From Octopus vulgaris (lineage: Eukaryota), in assembly GCA_951406725.2 (NCBI GenBank), contig OX597815.1, positions 52,700,001-52,764,000 on the forward strand: a DNA stretch of 64,000 nucleotides, given 5' to 3'. A program made the translations under genes and the position numbers. Positions 31,394 to 48,208 of this stretch are shown here, piece after piece; within the stretch, counting starts at the first letter, position 1, and each line of letters starts with the position of its first letter. The notes beneath the pieces were generated by a model that was not told where the DNA came from, made no database searches, and was given only the letters and a program-made list of their open reading frames with translations.

Positions 31394-31654
31394 TTGACAA
31401 ACTTAGTAAATATAAGGACCTGGAATTTGACAAACTTAGTAAATATAAGGACCTGGAATTTGACAAACTTAGTAAATATAAGGACCTGGAATTTGACAAA
31501 CTTAGTAAATATAAGGACCTGGAATTTGACAAACTTAGTAAATATAAGGACCTGGAATTTGACAAACTTAGTAAATATAAGGACCTTAAATTTGACAAAC
31601 TTAGTAAATATAAGGACCTGGAATTTGACAAACTTAGTAAATATAAGGACCTGG
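31391..31654 (+). repeat. Eight tandem copies of a 33-bp unit at the 5' junction of a Dong fragment
   Basis: Unit aatttgacaaacttagtaaatataaggacctgg (encodes FDKLSKYKDL of the REL domain); copy 6 ends tta. Confidence 0.95.
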
Positions 31655-31999
31655 AAATCGAAATACAGAGGATGTGGAATCTTAAAACAAAAACTGTTCC
31701 TGTTATTGTAGGTGCCCTAGGTATGATAAAAAAGGGATGTCAGAAACACCTAGACAATATCCCTGGAAAACCATGTCTCAAGGAAATCCAAAAGATTGTG
31801 CTAACAAGTACTGCCCACATCCTTAGAAAAACCCTATCAATGTAAATGTTTGTGTTTGTATTACATGGAGATATTTCTCTACTTCCCCTCCCCAAGCTTT
31901 CAGCTATATTTCAACAACTCTTAACCTTCACTTGCCCTAGGGCGCTGGGTGTGCCCCGGCAGGTGATTGCATCAAACATGCAGATTAAAAGTAAATGAC
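31391..31999 (+). mobile_element. Dong-type 3' fragment with 3' UTR, between (AAT)n arrays
   Basis: KYKDLEIEIQRMWNLKTKTVPVIVGALG...TAHILRKTLSM*, followed by (AAT)n. Confidence 0.88.
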
Positions 32000-32067
<68 letters not shown>

Positions 32068-32068
<1 letters not shown>

Positions 32069-32545
32069 GACAGAGTTGGGAGCTACATACACTGGAAGCT
32101 ATGCCAACATTATGGAATAACAACAGAAAAAAGATGGTATAGGCACACAACAGAAAAGGTCCCAGAAAACGAGAAAGCAACCATACTCTGGGATATGCCA
32201 ATGCACACAGATAGAGAAATTAAGGCCAACAGACCAGATATAGTTGTCAGAGATCATGAAGAAAACAATGCTTTCTAATTGATGTATCAATACCAGCAGA
32301 TGACGACGTGTCTCTAAAAGAAATGGAGAAACTTTCAAAATACAAAGACCTGGAAATAGAGGTAACTAGAATGTGGAATCTAAAAACAGAAACAATTCCT
32401 ATCATAGTAGGTGCATTAGGCATGATAAAAAATATTCAAATACATAACAAAATGACCAGGACTTACAAACACATATAACATACAGAAAATTGCACTACTA
32501 GGCACTGCACACATCCTACACAGAACACTTTCAATACAGTAACCA
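32068..32545 (+). mobile_element. Dong-type 3' fragment (REL nuclease)
   Basis: DRVGSYIHWKLC..ILWDMPMHTDREIKANRPDIVV..KYKDLEIE..PIIVGALG; starts directly from (AAT)n. Confidence 0.88.
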
Positions 32546-32618
32546 TCAAGGGTTGATGTAATCGACTTACCCACGCAGAAATTGCTACCCTTATGCCAAA
32601 ATTTGAAACTACTACTTT

Positions 32619-32692
<74 letters not shown>

Positions 32693-32714
32693 TTATTGTT
32701 ATTATTATTATTAA

Positions 32715-33930
32715 TTTTTTTAATTTTAAACTTGCATGTTTGTTACAATTACTTGCCGAGACACACCCAGCGTCCTTGGGCGAGTGAACGATAAGAGATG
32801 TTACATTATGACTGAAAGCTTGGGAGGAGGAGAAAGCATATTATCTTTATGCAATACAACACATTTAAATGGATAGGGTTTTTCTAAGGATGTGTGCAGT
32901 AGTTGTTAGTACAATCTTTCGGATTTCTCTGAGACATGGTTCTCCTTGGATGTTATACTCTTTTACTTGTTTCAGTCATTTGACTGTGGCCATGCTGGAG
33001 CACCACCTTTAGTCGACCAAATCGACCCCAGGTCTTTTTCTTTGTAAGCCTAGTACTTATTTTATCGGACTCTTTTGCTGAACCGCTAAGTTCTAGATGT
33101 TTCTGACATCTCTTTTTATCATAGCTAGGGCACATACAATAACAAGAAAACTTCTCGCTATAAGATGTCTCATCTTTTGTATTTCAGTTTCTAGGTCCTT
33201 ATATTTACTCAGTTTGTCAAATTCCTTCACAGATATATTTTTATCAGTAGGAATACTTACATCTATTAGTCTACAAGTATTTTCTTCCCAATCTTTAATA
33301 ATTATGTCTGGTCGATTAGCTTGGATCGTTCTGTCAACGTTGACTGAAAAAATCCCAGCGAATAGTGACATTTTTACCTTCAACGAGTGGCTCAGGATGA
33401 TGTTCATACCAGTAAGCAGGAGTGCTGATTTTGTAATGTTTACGTATTTTTCAATGTAAATACTTGTCCTACCCTACCGTAGCAATTTTTCTATTCGTTT
33501 GGTGTCAGCACAGGACATCCCGATATGAGATGATCTACTGCTTCGTCAAATATGTCACAGAATCTGCATTTAGTGTCAGAACCGTTTTGAAGAACGTTAG
33601 GCTGGTAGTTTTTGTGAGTAAACTTTGATCTTGTGCCGCCAATATGAAACCGTCAGTCTCTGCTTTCAGTCCTAAACTTCAACTACTGATTGGTTTTTGC
33701 TTGATCTATATCAGCATTTCGACTTTGAGGTATATACTGCCCATGCAGAGGCTTCTGGCTCCTCCGCTCTTATTCTCCTGTAATACTCCTTTCTTATTTT
33801 TTCTTTCATAGTAGCATGTTGTATACCATCTCCTTCGTTTATCCCCAGGAATTTGCAATTTTCTTGATTTGTGATGGTTGTGTCGGTATCTAATTTAATG
33901 AGAGCTGTTTGCCTGAGCTTGTCTCTTTCA
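32715..33930 (-). mobile_element. Dong-type fragment(s) interrupted by a SINE-like repeat at 32955-33092
   Basis: ANRPDIIIKDW..LIDVSIPTDKNISVKEFDKLSKYKDLE; RT tail FLGINEGDGIQHATMKEKIRKEYYRRI at 33770-33930. Confidence 0.82.
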
Positions 33931-34408
<478 letters not shown>

Positions 34409-34427
34409 ATTATTATTATTGTTGTTG

Positions 34428-34474
<47 letters not shown>

Positions 34475-35741
34475 GATAGCCGATGGTTAGTGTGATAAAG
34501 GAGAAAAATGTCGGTAACATTCCGTTTAATTTCTTTAGCTTAGAACATCACCAATCCATTGTCTTGTATGTATGGCAGTACTTTGAAATAAGAAGATGCG
34601 AAATCACTGAGTGATAAAGCACAAGAAGAATGATTAACTAGAGGTCTTAAAAAAAGAAAAGGATAGATCATCTTTGAGCAAGGAAAATAGTGAATGAAAT
34701 GTTTAGTAACGAAGTTATTGAAGATGTCAACAGTTAACTTGTGTCATATGAGATTTTCGAAATAAGTGCAAAACCTGGCAAGCCACATGATAACAGTGAA
34801 ACGTTAATTTTGTCTTCAGAGTCTGTAATGAATGCAACTGTCATGAAGCAGAGTGTACAAGACATTACCAAGGTCATCTTTTTAAACAACTCATCTTTAT
34901 CAAGACATACTGAAGGCGTGGAAAAACATTCAGTTGGACAATTGCGAGTAATGCATAGATGTAGGAAGTTCATTACTTTTTACAAAAGCAATTTTTCTGT
35001 TCTGCATTCTTGGCTCATCGTCCTCATTTAACTGCAAAGCAATTTGTATAATGTCTGCCAAATAATAGCTATCAAACTTATTAAATCAGTTGCATCACGT
35101 GATTGTACATCTTTGTGACAAAATCTGCTGAAGAGTTTGAATTCCTACTGTTTGAAGCACACACAGGTACGATATCCATAAAAAATATGTTTTTGTGGCA
35201 TTTTAGGGCAATGCTTTGTGATTACACAGTAGTAAGCGGCAGCTGAGGGAAGAATTGGTTGTTGTCAGGAGCGATATGTTTTAGCTTTCATATATCTTTC
35301 AAAAGCTTGCTTTTTGTCAATAAGTAAAAAAACCGTAATCCCATATTTTGTACAGAGGCTATTACCATTTTCAGTGGAAAGCTCAATCTATTCAGATTTG
35401 GTATAGGACATCGCGAGTTAATCTATTTTCCAATCTTGGCTTCTATTGACATCGAAATGCCAGATTCTAATCTTTCTATATATTGATTATTTGAAGCATT
35501 TATACAGTCTGTAGTTTATTCTCTAAACGATAAAAATAAACTTGAAAATCTTTATATTGAAAATAAATATATTAATTAAAATATTTAAGTTTAATTTTTT
35601 AGAATTTGAAATGGTTGTAACTTTAAATAGATTGAATGTTTATAATTATTCGATCTTTAGATAATGAATAAAAGCTGTTCTAATGTACAACGTCTCTAGA
35701 CAAACGTTAGTACGAACTCATTTTTCAATTCTTAACTGATA

Positions 35742-35781
<40 letters not shown>

Positions 35782-35835
35782 CGTGTGCGTAGTTTATTGT
35801 TTTGTATCTGGTTTGTAAGACTTTTTAGGTGAATT

Positions 35836-36160
35836 CATGTGTGGAAACAAATTTTGTTTTGTCTAGGGAGAGTCATTGTGCCAATATCATTAATACACGT
35901 ACTGGTTCAGTTGCATTCATTTATTATTAGTCAATTGGTTAAATACCCAACTAACAAATCTTGGTTAAGGAGTAAGTAACAACGGAAAGGATTTGACAAA
36001 CAAAACAAAACAAATGACTTACTGTTTAACCAAATTAAACAAACGATTAGTTAGTTGGATATTTAACCAATTGACTAGTAATAAAGAGTGGAATTAGACA
36101 AATGCGTATGTTAAAATATTGGCATAATGGCTCACCTAGACGCAATATAATTTTTACATG
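35836..36160. repeat. Diverged long inverted repeat (old fold-back or MITE)
   Basis: gtctagggagagtcattgtgccaatat pairs with atattggcataatggctcacctagac; tttattattagtcaattggttaaatacccaactaac pairs with gttagttggatatttaaccaattgactagtaataaa. Confidence 0.75.
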
Positions 36161-36325
36161 TAACATATATATATATATATACATAAATTATTAGAGAGTT
36201 ATCCACTATGTGGATAACTCTAGTGCTAATAATAGCTCCGAAGCAACCACAGAAGATCTGTTTCCAACTAGAATCAACATACATTTAACGGAAGGAAAGT
36301 GAAATACAACGAATAGAATAGATTG

Positions 36326-36401
36326 ACTCTATACAATTGTTTCATTACTAATGCAATATGTAGTTTTACTTACACTTGCATCTATAAATCTTCGGTAGAG
36401 T
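36326..36401 (-). ncRNA. Hammerhead-like motif with extended stem II, in a (TA)n-flanked insert (36182-36590)
   Basis: Minus strand: actcta-CCGAAGA-[long stem with atgcaa/ttgcat and tgta/taca]-GAAAC-aatt-GTA-tagagt. Perfect 6-bp stem I; one core change (U4 to C). Confidence 0.6.
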
Positions 36402-36582
36402 TTGTCAGAAATGCAATTAATTAGATCGATTCGAGCGTCAAAAACACGAGCGGTCCAACCAATTACATGTATATAACCAAATATATGTATAAATTTGTAT
36501 TTTCTCCGTAGTTTTTTGTGCTAAGCCACTTGGTGTTAAATTGTTGGTATTATTAAATTAATATCGATTTTTCACCCTCATT

Positions 36583-36616
<34 letters not shown>

Positions 36617-37047
36617 CATACGCACACACACACACACACGCATATATATCAGATTTTTAAATTTCAAGAAAGAAAGTATTGTTCTATAAATTCATAAAAT
36701 ACTTCGTGGTGTTTGGAACAGAGCCATTCTCGAAGAAATAAAAAGTCTCTTGACCAACATTATTCTTGCATTTTCTAGTTTATATCACATTTTTTAAGTA
36801 AAAGCGTTAACTGGTTGCTGATTTCCAACGAGTCAGTCACGGTTTTCTATATTTACAATGGTGAGAGGGACAGGGACTGTTTGCGTAACTAGGGTTCAGC
36901 AAGTAAGTTCAAGTATTCGTTTGAAAGAACCGGTTTTGGGATTTATCCCTGAGCCTTACATATTTTGTTGACATGCAAACTATGTATATATATATATATA
37001 TATGTGCTTGTGTGTGTGTGTGTCATGTATATGTATATATATATATG

Positions 37048-37078
<31 letters not shown>

Positions 37079-37092
37079 GTATATATATATAT

Positions 37093-37449
37093 GAGTAACA
37101 ATGAAGGGTGAAATTAATTAATTTGGAACAATTATCAATTACACCAAGTAGTCTTCGGCATGTAAAAGCCTCATTCGAGGAAAATTTAAGTAATACTAAG
37201 CAATTAGTTTAGCAACGAATTGCCTTACACACACCGAATTTAGAAATAGCAGTCAAATAGATTATAGCTATTTCTTCTACTAAAAGGGAGATCACAGTAA
37301 AGGCACAGCATTTGAAAGGCCTTTCAAATGCTGTGCCTTTACTGTGATCTCCCTTTTAGTAGAAGAAAAAGCTATAATCTATTTGACTGCTATTTCTAAA
37401 TTCGGTGTGTGGTAAGGCAATTCGTTGCTAAACCCTTAATTGCTTTGTA
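37093..37449. mobile_element. (TA)n-embedded element end with a spacerless palindrome
   Basis: Arms ~37194-37319 and 37320-37449 centred on tttgaaagg|cctttcaaa; unpaired 37093-37193 resembles the reverse complement of 36520-36585. Confidence 0.8.
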
Positions 37450-37543
37450 TATATATATATATATATGTGTGTGTATGTATATATTTGTGTGTTTGTGTGT
37501 CCCCCCAACATTGTCTCTAATTTAATATAATATATATATATAT

Positions 37544-40409
37544 ATATTGTTATATTTCGGAATGGTCATATTGCCAGTTTAGTCAATAAAAACACACGCA
37601 CTATATATTTGGTGTTATTTTGCTTCAGTGATATTTATTTTTTACATTAATCTTAATCTTATTTCGGCCAAAGTTCTTTCGTCACACTCCTGTGACCGCA
37701 TCAGTGGTCCTTTGTTTTCTTCTCACTTACTTGTGTCTCTCCTTACTAACCGTCAGCCATTTTGTATTTCTATTGTATGTCTTCATTTGCGCATGCTTAT
37801 ATCTCTATGTGCGTCTATGTTTATTTAGTGTGTGTGTGGGGGGGATGCCTGTAATATTTGTATCTTCTGGTTATATACATTCTTGTAATTTGTATTTTGT
37901 TTTTGTTGTTGTTGCTTTTGTTCTAATTTTGTTCATGTGTTTACATCCACCCATTATCATCATTACATATGCTTGTATGTATGTATAACAACAATATTAG
38001 TAATAATAATAATAAATCTAATCGAAAAAAAAAAAAAAAAAAGAATATACATATACACATATATATATACATACACATACATATACATATATATATATAT
38101 ACATATATACACACATATATACACATATACATATACATATATATACACATATACATATATATAGATATTCATTTCTATTTCTTTAATTACCTGTGTATTT
38201 ATTATGTTTGCAGGATCCACTATTGTCATATGTTGTGGTGTGCGCTATTGCTCCATTCTAGTTTTCTATTCAGGCTAGGTTTATTTTCTATTATATGTGT
38301 AGCTTCTGTAATTTGTCTAATTGTTGCATCTGTTCTATGTGTGGACAATATCTTAATCTCTATGTTATTGATTGATCCCCCGTGTTCTTGTTCGGCGTGT
38401 TGGTACAGAATCGATGAGCTTTTACCTTCCTTGAGTTGTCTCCAATGTTCATTCACCCGCTCACCAATGCTTCTTGCAGTTTCCCCTACGTATGTTACTG
38501 TCTTGTTACTGCATTGTCCCTCTATACATCTTATACTATAGACCACATTTCTGGCTTTACAGTTCGTTTGTGGGCTAAATCTACATACAGTGCAATAGTT
38601 ATCCGTACAGAGAGTTCTACTAAAAGGATAGCTTCTACCAATTATAGATCTGATAGGGTTGCCTGGCTTTTCAACAACCTTAATTCTTAGTTTAAGTTTA
38701 TCTAGGGTCCTTCTAAAGCGGTACGCTAGTTCACCTCCAGGGGTGGTGTCAACGAACATGACACTCTGGTATTTATGGCTATCATACCAAGAGTTGGCCT
38801 TCCCTATTTTCTTTTTGTCCTTTCTATAGTGTTCCATGACTTGTTCCTATAGAGTGGGCAAATCCCATTCCTATCATTACATAATATATTATCAAATTTT
38901 TTCATGGCTCCTTTGTATACTCTGATCCTTTCTTTATGGCTGTAACCTGAGAACTGCATGCGGTGAATGAAATACTGTATGTGTCTCTTTAATTCTGTAG
39001 GCTCGCACATGCGTGACACATTTCTCATTATTCTGACGAGGTCTGCCATCAAAATATTGAATTTGGCATTGCCCGCAATGGCTGAGTTCCGGTGGATCAG
39101 GTATTTTGAGGCCATAGGTTTTGCATAGTATGAATGAAGGATTTGGGTTTGGGTTTTATTTTTCACAATTTCTAGCCAGAGTTCAGTGTCTAGTACTGGT
39201 AGTCTATGGTTGGGGTGTTTAGTGGGGTAGTCTATTGTGACCTTAATACTCTGGTGGATGGAGTTAGCTATTTGCTGGATGCTCTCCATAGTATTAGTTT
39301 CTATTACTATATCAACAGTACTCTCTTGTGGGGGTGCCTTTACTACTATATTGATATCATCAACATAGCGAGAGTACATGTTTACGAGTATGGATTTCTG
39401 CAGTAGGCATTCTTTAAGCCTTCTGTCCCACTATACCATGAAGAGGTTGGCCACATCACCAGCGATACTAACACCGATGGCTGCCCCCTCGTCCTGGGCA
39501 TATATTTTATTATTAAATTTAAATGTGTGGCCTTTTAGGGTAACTCTTATACTAGCTCCTAGTGCATGTGCGATCATTTTCTTTACCTGATGGACATTTG
39601 CGGGGCTCCGTATGGCTCTGGTCCATCCGCGCCATCTTTCTATATGTGTCTTCCTAGCCATAGAAGTAATTGTAGGTGGTCTACCTCTTAAACATCTACT
39701 GGGGCAGAAACTACTAAGATTATGTTTATCTAAGTATTTACTATTATATGTCAGTCTAAGTAGGAGGCCCAGTTCTTCTGTGTCGACATTACAGAACTCC
39801 ACCTGGCTCTCGTTGATCATCTCCACGCACTTCTCCACTGCAAAATCTACGTCAATCGATGGGTATAGGGATACCACATCCATGCTACCTACTATACATC
39901 CTGTCAAGTCACAAGTTTTGTTACAGTCACTGATCCTGCTTAGGAGATCTTCTGTGCTGTCACACACATCAGGTGACATCCTGATTATAGGGCGTATGAT
40001 CATTGAGAGGAAGTAGGAGATTCTGTAATTGCTAGCGATATTCGCTCCACAGACTGGTCTTGTTGGTGGTCCTGCTATAGGGTCAGTAAAACCTTTATGG
40101 TCCTTGCGAAGTCCATACAGTGCCGGGATATCATTGTTCCAGGCTTGGAAATTCTTTGCAGTACGTTTCTGAGGTCCCAGAACAATTGTCCACATCATCA
40201 TGTGGGCATTGAGGACCTTTTCTCTCTCCTCATGCGCCTGTACAGTTGTTACTTTTGTATTGGCGATATGAGGTTGCATTGCCTGGATGTAGTTCGGTAA
40301 GCTGTCTATTGACATCCTGCCGGACTTATCCGTGGGAAGGCATATCACCTCTCCGTTCCTCGTGCGCTGAATGAGCTTCTGTAGGCCACATGCAGGTTTA
40401 ATCCCTAGT
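37544..40409 (-). mobile_element. Penelope-like element (Naiad-like), left copy, 5'-truncated
   Basis: ICLPTDKSG (DKG motif), YGLRKDHK, RPVCGA, GSMDVVSLYPSI, GAAIG, YSRYVDD, LPVLD, CTDNYCTVC, NVVYSIRC..YVGETARS..ERVNEH. One stop and one frameshift. PLE assignment is firm; the Naiad label is from motif recall. Confidence 0.9.
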
Positions 40410-43590
<3,181 letters not shown>

Positions 43591-44972
43591 ATGATCAAAG
43601 ATGATCCGCAACTTCGTCTTTCATTTTAGAAAATGTTCCCGGGACTGCATTATTCAATGGGATCTTGCCATTTAAAAATAATAGAGAGTGTTTTCAAGGC
43701 GATTAAGTTTAAATTTCATCCTTAAACATGTGCAAGGATGAACTTATATTTCTATCGAGTAACACACCGAGTTTCTTCCGGAATTATATTGTCATTTGAA
43801 CATGATCTCATTAGGCGCTACTTAGTGAGCTGAAGCTATCTAATCAAAGTGTCTTCCCGCTCAAGTGTAAATGAACCATCCAAGAAACATCTACTTGATC
43901 GTTAGATTTGCTGAAATTAACAACCATATTTCTTACAACCTGCGGATCCACTAAGGATCCGTGAGTTGTTTTCAAAATTTCAAAAGCTTGCCTTGTGAAA
44001 TGTATAACTACTCGGTTAATAACTTATTTCTTTTGAGGGATGAAAATGTGAAAACGAGCTTGTTATAATTTCATATCCACTTATTCAGTAAAAAGACCTT
44101 TGAAAACCCTGAGAGTTTGTGAGAAAATTCATTTAAATAAAAGGAATCCGTGTTACTGAAATGATTGTGAAATTGTGAAGAGACTGCTCTGTATCTAAAA
44201 GCGAAAGACTGTAGAAAATGTAGACCAAACAGAATGGTCGCGGCTAGAGTACCTTTGATCGAGTGCCAACTCAATCAGGGCTAATTAGGTGGGAGAGGGT
44301 TAATAAACAACAACATCAATCCCACTGGTGATTTGACTTATCAAAGAAGACATTGGGTAAATAATTAAGTAATTATAATAAAAATTAGAACTTTAGCGAG
44401 AACAGTTATTTTCTAAACGACTAATTCTGTTCTGAAATAAAAATAAAAGTGGAGTGGGAGCAATTTTGTTGAAAATGTAACAGCAGCAAATCTACGTAAG
44501 CAAATATAGGGAATTAAGAAAAATATATGTAAATAAATATGATTTGTCCATTAATTTATTGATGATAGCAGGGTGGGTCATAAAAAACGAATTAACTATT
44601 TAAATCTATAAATAATTTAGAATTCCTGCCTCGGAATTTAAATATTTCAGATACTTTTCATGTCCTTCATCCTCTATTTTTGGCAAGTATATTACATAGC
44701 TAAAAGTACACATAGCCTACACAAACACTAAACTTTTGAGTAAAGAAGTATAGTATTATGAAATTTTCTGCCAAAAACTGTCACTAATGGTATTGGAAAT
44801 TGTGGGAATGTCTGCTAATTATACGATTATAATATAAGCGAGCGCTATATAATATAAATTTACTCACATGAGAAGAAATGTACTCACTAAAATAAAAAAG
44901 AAATAAATAGATAAAATACAAATGATAAAAAAAAATACAAAGATATAAACAAATAGCTAGATATATGTACAC

Positions 44973-45004
<32 letters not shown>

Positions 45005-48000
45005 GTTCATTGAATAAGGACAAACTAGATATTGATTTTTTTTATATTGGCACTAGCCTATGCACATTCATAGATGGTAGGTGGTTCAAGTTATGCACAA
45101 ATTAACGAAAGCTCCTCTTCATAACTGAGGAAGGAAATAAAGCTGTAACCTAGAACTATTTGAATTTGGCACGTATTTGCCAGGTATTTAGTATAGTCTT
45201 TATCATTGAATTCTGCCTGCCATTGCCTTTACTTAACCACTTACAATAAAATATCTTTTTATGTTCATTATATTTACAGAAAATATTACTATTTTTCATT
45301 TCTTTATCTGAAAATATTACTATTACGAGCTTAGTAGATTTGTAGACGTGTTAAAGCATCGGAAATAATGTATAGCTGTATGTAGTATAGGTTCTTTCCG
45401 TTCTTAGCTCAAATCTCACTAATGTTAGCTTTAGTTTTCACTCTTTCGGGATCGAGGAAGTATTAGTCAAGTACTAAAATCAGTTTCATCGACTAATCCG
45501 CTCCTCTTGAATTTGTTGGTCTTGTGTCTAATTCAGAAATATTTTGGGCTTCTGACAGCCAGGCATTAAAAACGTTGCTCGGCGATTTTTAAGTATAACC
45601 AGAAGTAATTTCTATTTTGGATTTTATTTCTCATGGGATTCATTATTGGCCTTTTTAGAACGTCAGCCCCTGCCTGGATGGTTTTCTAAAATATGTCTAT
45701 TACCTTTTACCTCTTAAAGCTAAGCGTAAAATGGCTTCTCTTTCAGGATACACCACAAAGGAAAAATACATTAAACAAAGCAAAACAACTAGAAAAAAGT
45801 AAAATAAATAATGATCATACAAAAAAGATGACAGGAAGTGAAAAATAACAAGCTAGCAGAAAATATAAACAGCATAACAGACATGTTTAACAACGACAGC
45901 AGTGTACATACACGTATAACATCAAACCGAAATGGCCAGAAAAATGAAATGTCATTTTGAATAGAAACATCTGAATACGGAAAACTTAGCTGAAAATAAA
46001 CCGAAAGCTTGGCAGAATTTTCTTCACATGACAAGCGTCAGTCTTCTAAAATACATCAAAGAGCTACGTGAGGGGAGGAGATAACCTTTGACAAAGCCAC
46101 GGGAAACTTCCTTTGTTCTATTCACAGATTTTAAGACAGTTCTGGCAGATATTTTGAGGGAAATCTCCATTATTGAGAAATGGAGGGCGTATGACACTAT
46201 ACATTATATATTTAAAACAGAGAACAATGTTAAGTGGTCAACACAGATTATGAGAAACACATATGTCAATTATTTTCAAAATATTTTGTGAGAAGTAATT
46301 TAAGAGTCTCTGTCAATGATAGATGACGACGTCGACCCTCGGCTAATCACTACTTTTGTAACACAGTAGCGTAAGATGGTCAGTTCTGACTTAACATTTA
46401 GCGATAGGTGGTTCGGTGAAGCTACTGTGGTTATAAAAGTCCTCGTAACCCCACAAAATCAGAAAACAATGCCACGGTCTACTAAGAACACCGTCAAAGT
46501 CAGCATCCAAAGCAGATTTTCCAGATTTTTATGTGGAAGTAAAACCCATTTAAAGGCTTTTTGTTCGAAAAGCCTAAAAGATAAAAAACAATGAAAAGAA
46601 GGACAGCCCATGCAGATCTATGGGCCTAAGGCGACATGAAACACAAATCCCTTATCCTTATTTCTAAGAAGTAATACATTTGCCAACCTTACTTAGCAGA
46701 GACAATGAAAGTCATCAACAGCATCAACAAAATATGCGGGAATTAAACGGCCAAGGAGCACCCAATCGCAGCAGTATCGTCCCATTTACTTATGAGGATG
46801 GAGACCAAACTTCGGCAAACTTTTTCCAGGAATCATAACAGATTCAAAGAAAGCATTCGAAAAAAAAAAGGAACAATAACAATTCGTAATAACACGTTTC
46901 TTGTAGAAGAGGCTCTCTTCGCCGATGATCCCATCTATGCAAGAGATCCAATCTCCTGCATAGATGAGCACTTCTATCGCGAGGCAGGGCCTGCATCTTA
47001 TGAAAGGGAGCCCATGTCATGCGATGAGGAACCAACTCCAATCGACATGAAATTATCTTCATAGCTGATCGAATGATGCAATAGAACCAGTATAGGAAAT
47101 GCACGTGAACGACCCCACCGTAGTATTTTGATCCCACCTCTGCTAATCGAGCAGGGATGGGATGAAAATACAATGATGGAAATGTGATAAAATTTAAGCA
47201 AAAATTCTCTGATATACCATTTTTCACGTCAACTATCCAAAGGGCGTTACCCCATACAAGTTTTGTATAGTTAAGGAATTATCCCGGAGGACTGTGGAAT
47301 TACCAGAGTCAAGATGTACAGGGAGGAAGTGGAGAAGCACCTAAAGAGAAAACGTAATCAAGGAGGACACAATCAACAAGGGCCGACGTGGTCACAAAAA
47401 TTATAAAGAAAATTGTAACTGATTCAGTCCCACGCAGTGCAGAATTGCGGAAGAAATACAGGCTTAGAAGACCTAGGTGTGATATATATCACTCATTGAT
47501 ATATAAAATGTTGCAAGGAATTTTGTCCAGTGATCGATGACTGATTGTGCTTATCCGCAGCGTGAATGCTGGGTTGATAAGAAGCGCAGATTCTGTTTAT
47601 GCGAGTGGACTGAGTATATAGCCAGATGAAAACTTGCTAGAATACTACAAAGGACATTTTAGGACCCCTTGGAGCAATTGCAAGAGATTTTCAAAAGTGC
47701 GTATAATCAGCTTGTTTAACATACAACGGAGCACTCTTCAGTGTACGATTAGTCTAAATTTTAAAGCTATTTACGTAAAATCATAACAATTTTAATCGTC
47801 ATGAATGGCTTTTCAAACAAATATTTTATAAGGACTCGAAAGGGCGCCAAGAAATTCTTCTGTTTTCGTCATTTTGTGAAGTGCAGGGCTAAATCCTTTG
47901 CGTTGTTTAACCAAACTTACTACACAATCTGTAGAAAGTTTTCAGCAATAATTCAAATTTTAAAAAAGGATCTAAAAAATTAAAAACAAAAGTAGAAAAC

Positions 48001-48208
48001 TTTCACGAGAAACTAATTTATTTAACGTAGCATGAGGTTCAAACCAAGATTCCGATATCAATGTAAGGCAGCAGCAATTCCAAGAAAGTATTTCAATTTT
48101 GATTTCTAATACTGAGAGAAGGCCACACGTACGTACGCACGCATGCACACACATACACACACACATTTTAAGGATGGGATTAAACCGACCCGAGTAGTGA
48201 ATTATTTT

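Noticed and set aside
31391-31654. CRISPR-like array of 33-bp repeats
   Set aside because: Units are head-to-tail with no spacers and derive from Dong REL coding sequence.
34480-35500. Possible old transposase or host exon
   Set aside because: No recognisable motifs in any frame I examined.
40371-40409. ATG-initiated N-terminus MSFCRPHAGLIPS fused to the right-arm RT
   Set aside because: It is antisense spacer sequence that happens to be in frame; no evidence of function.
46300-47700. Possible host exon or retroelement ORF1 remnant
   Set aside because: Slightly higher GC with short ORFs, but no motif I can recognise; left uncalled.
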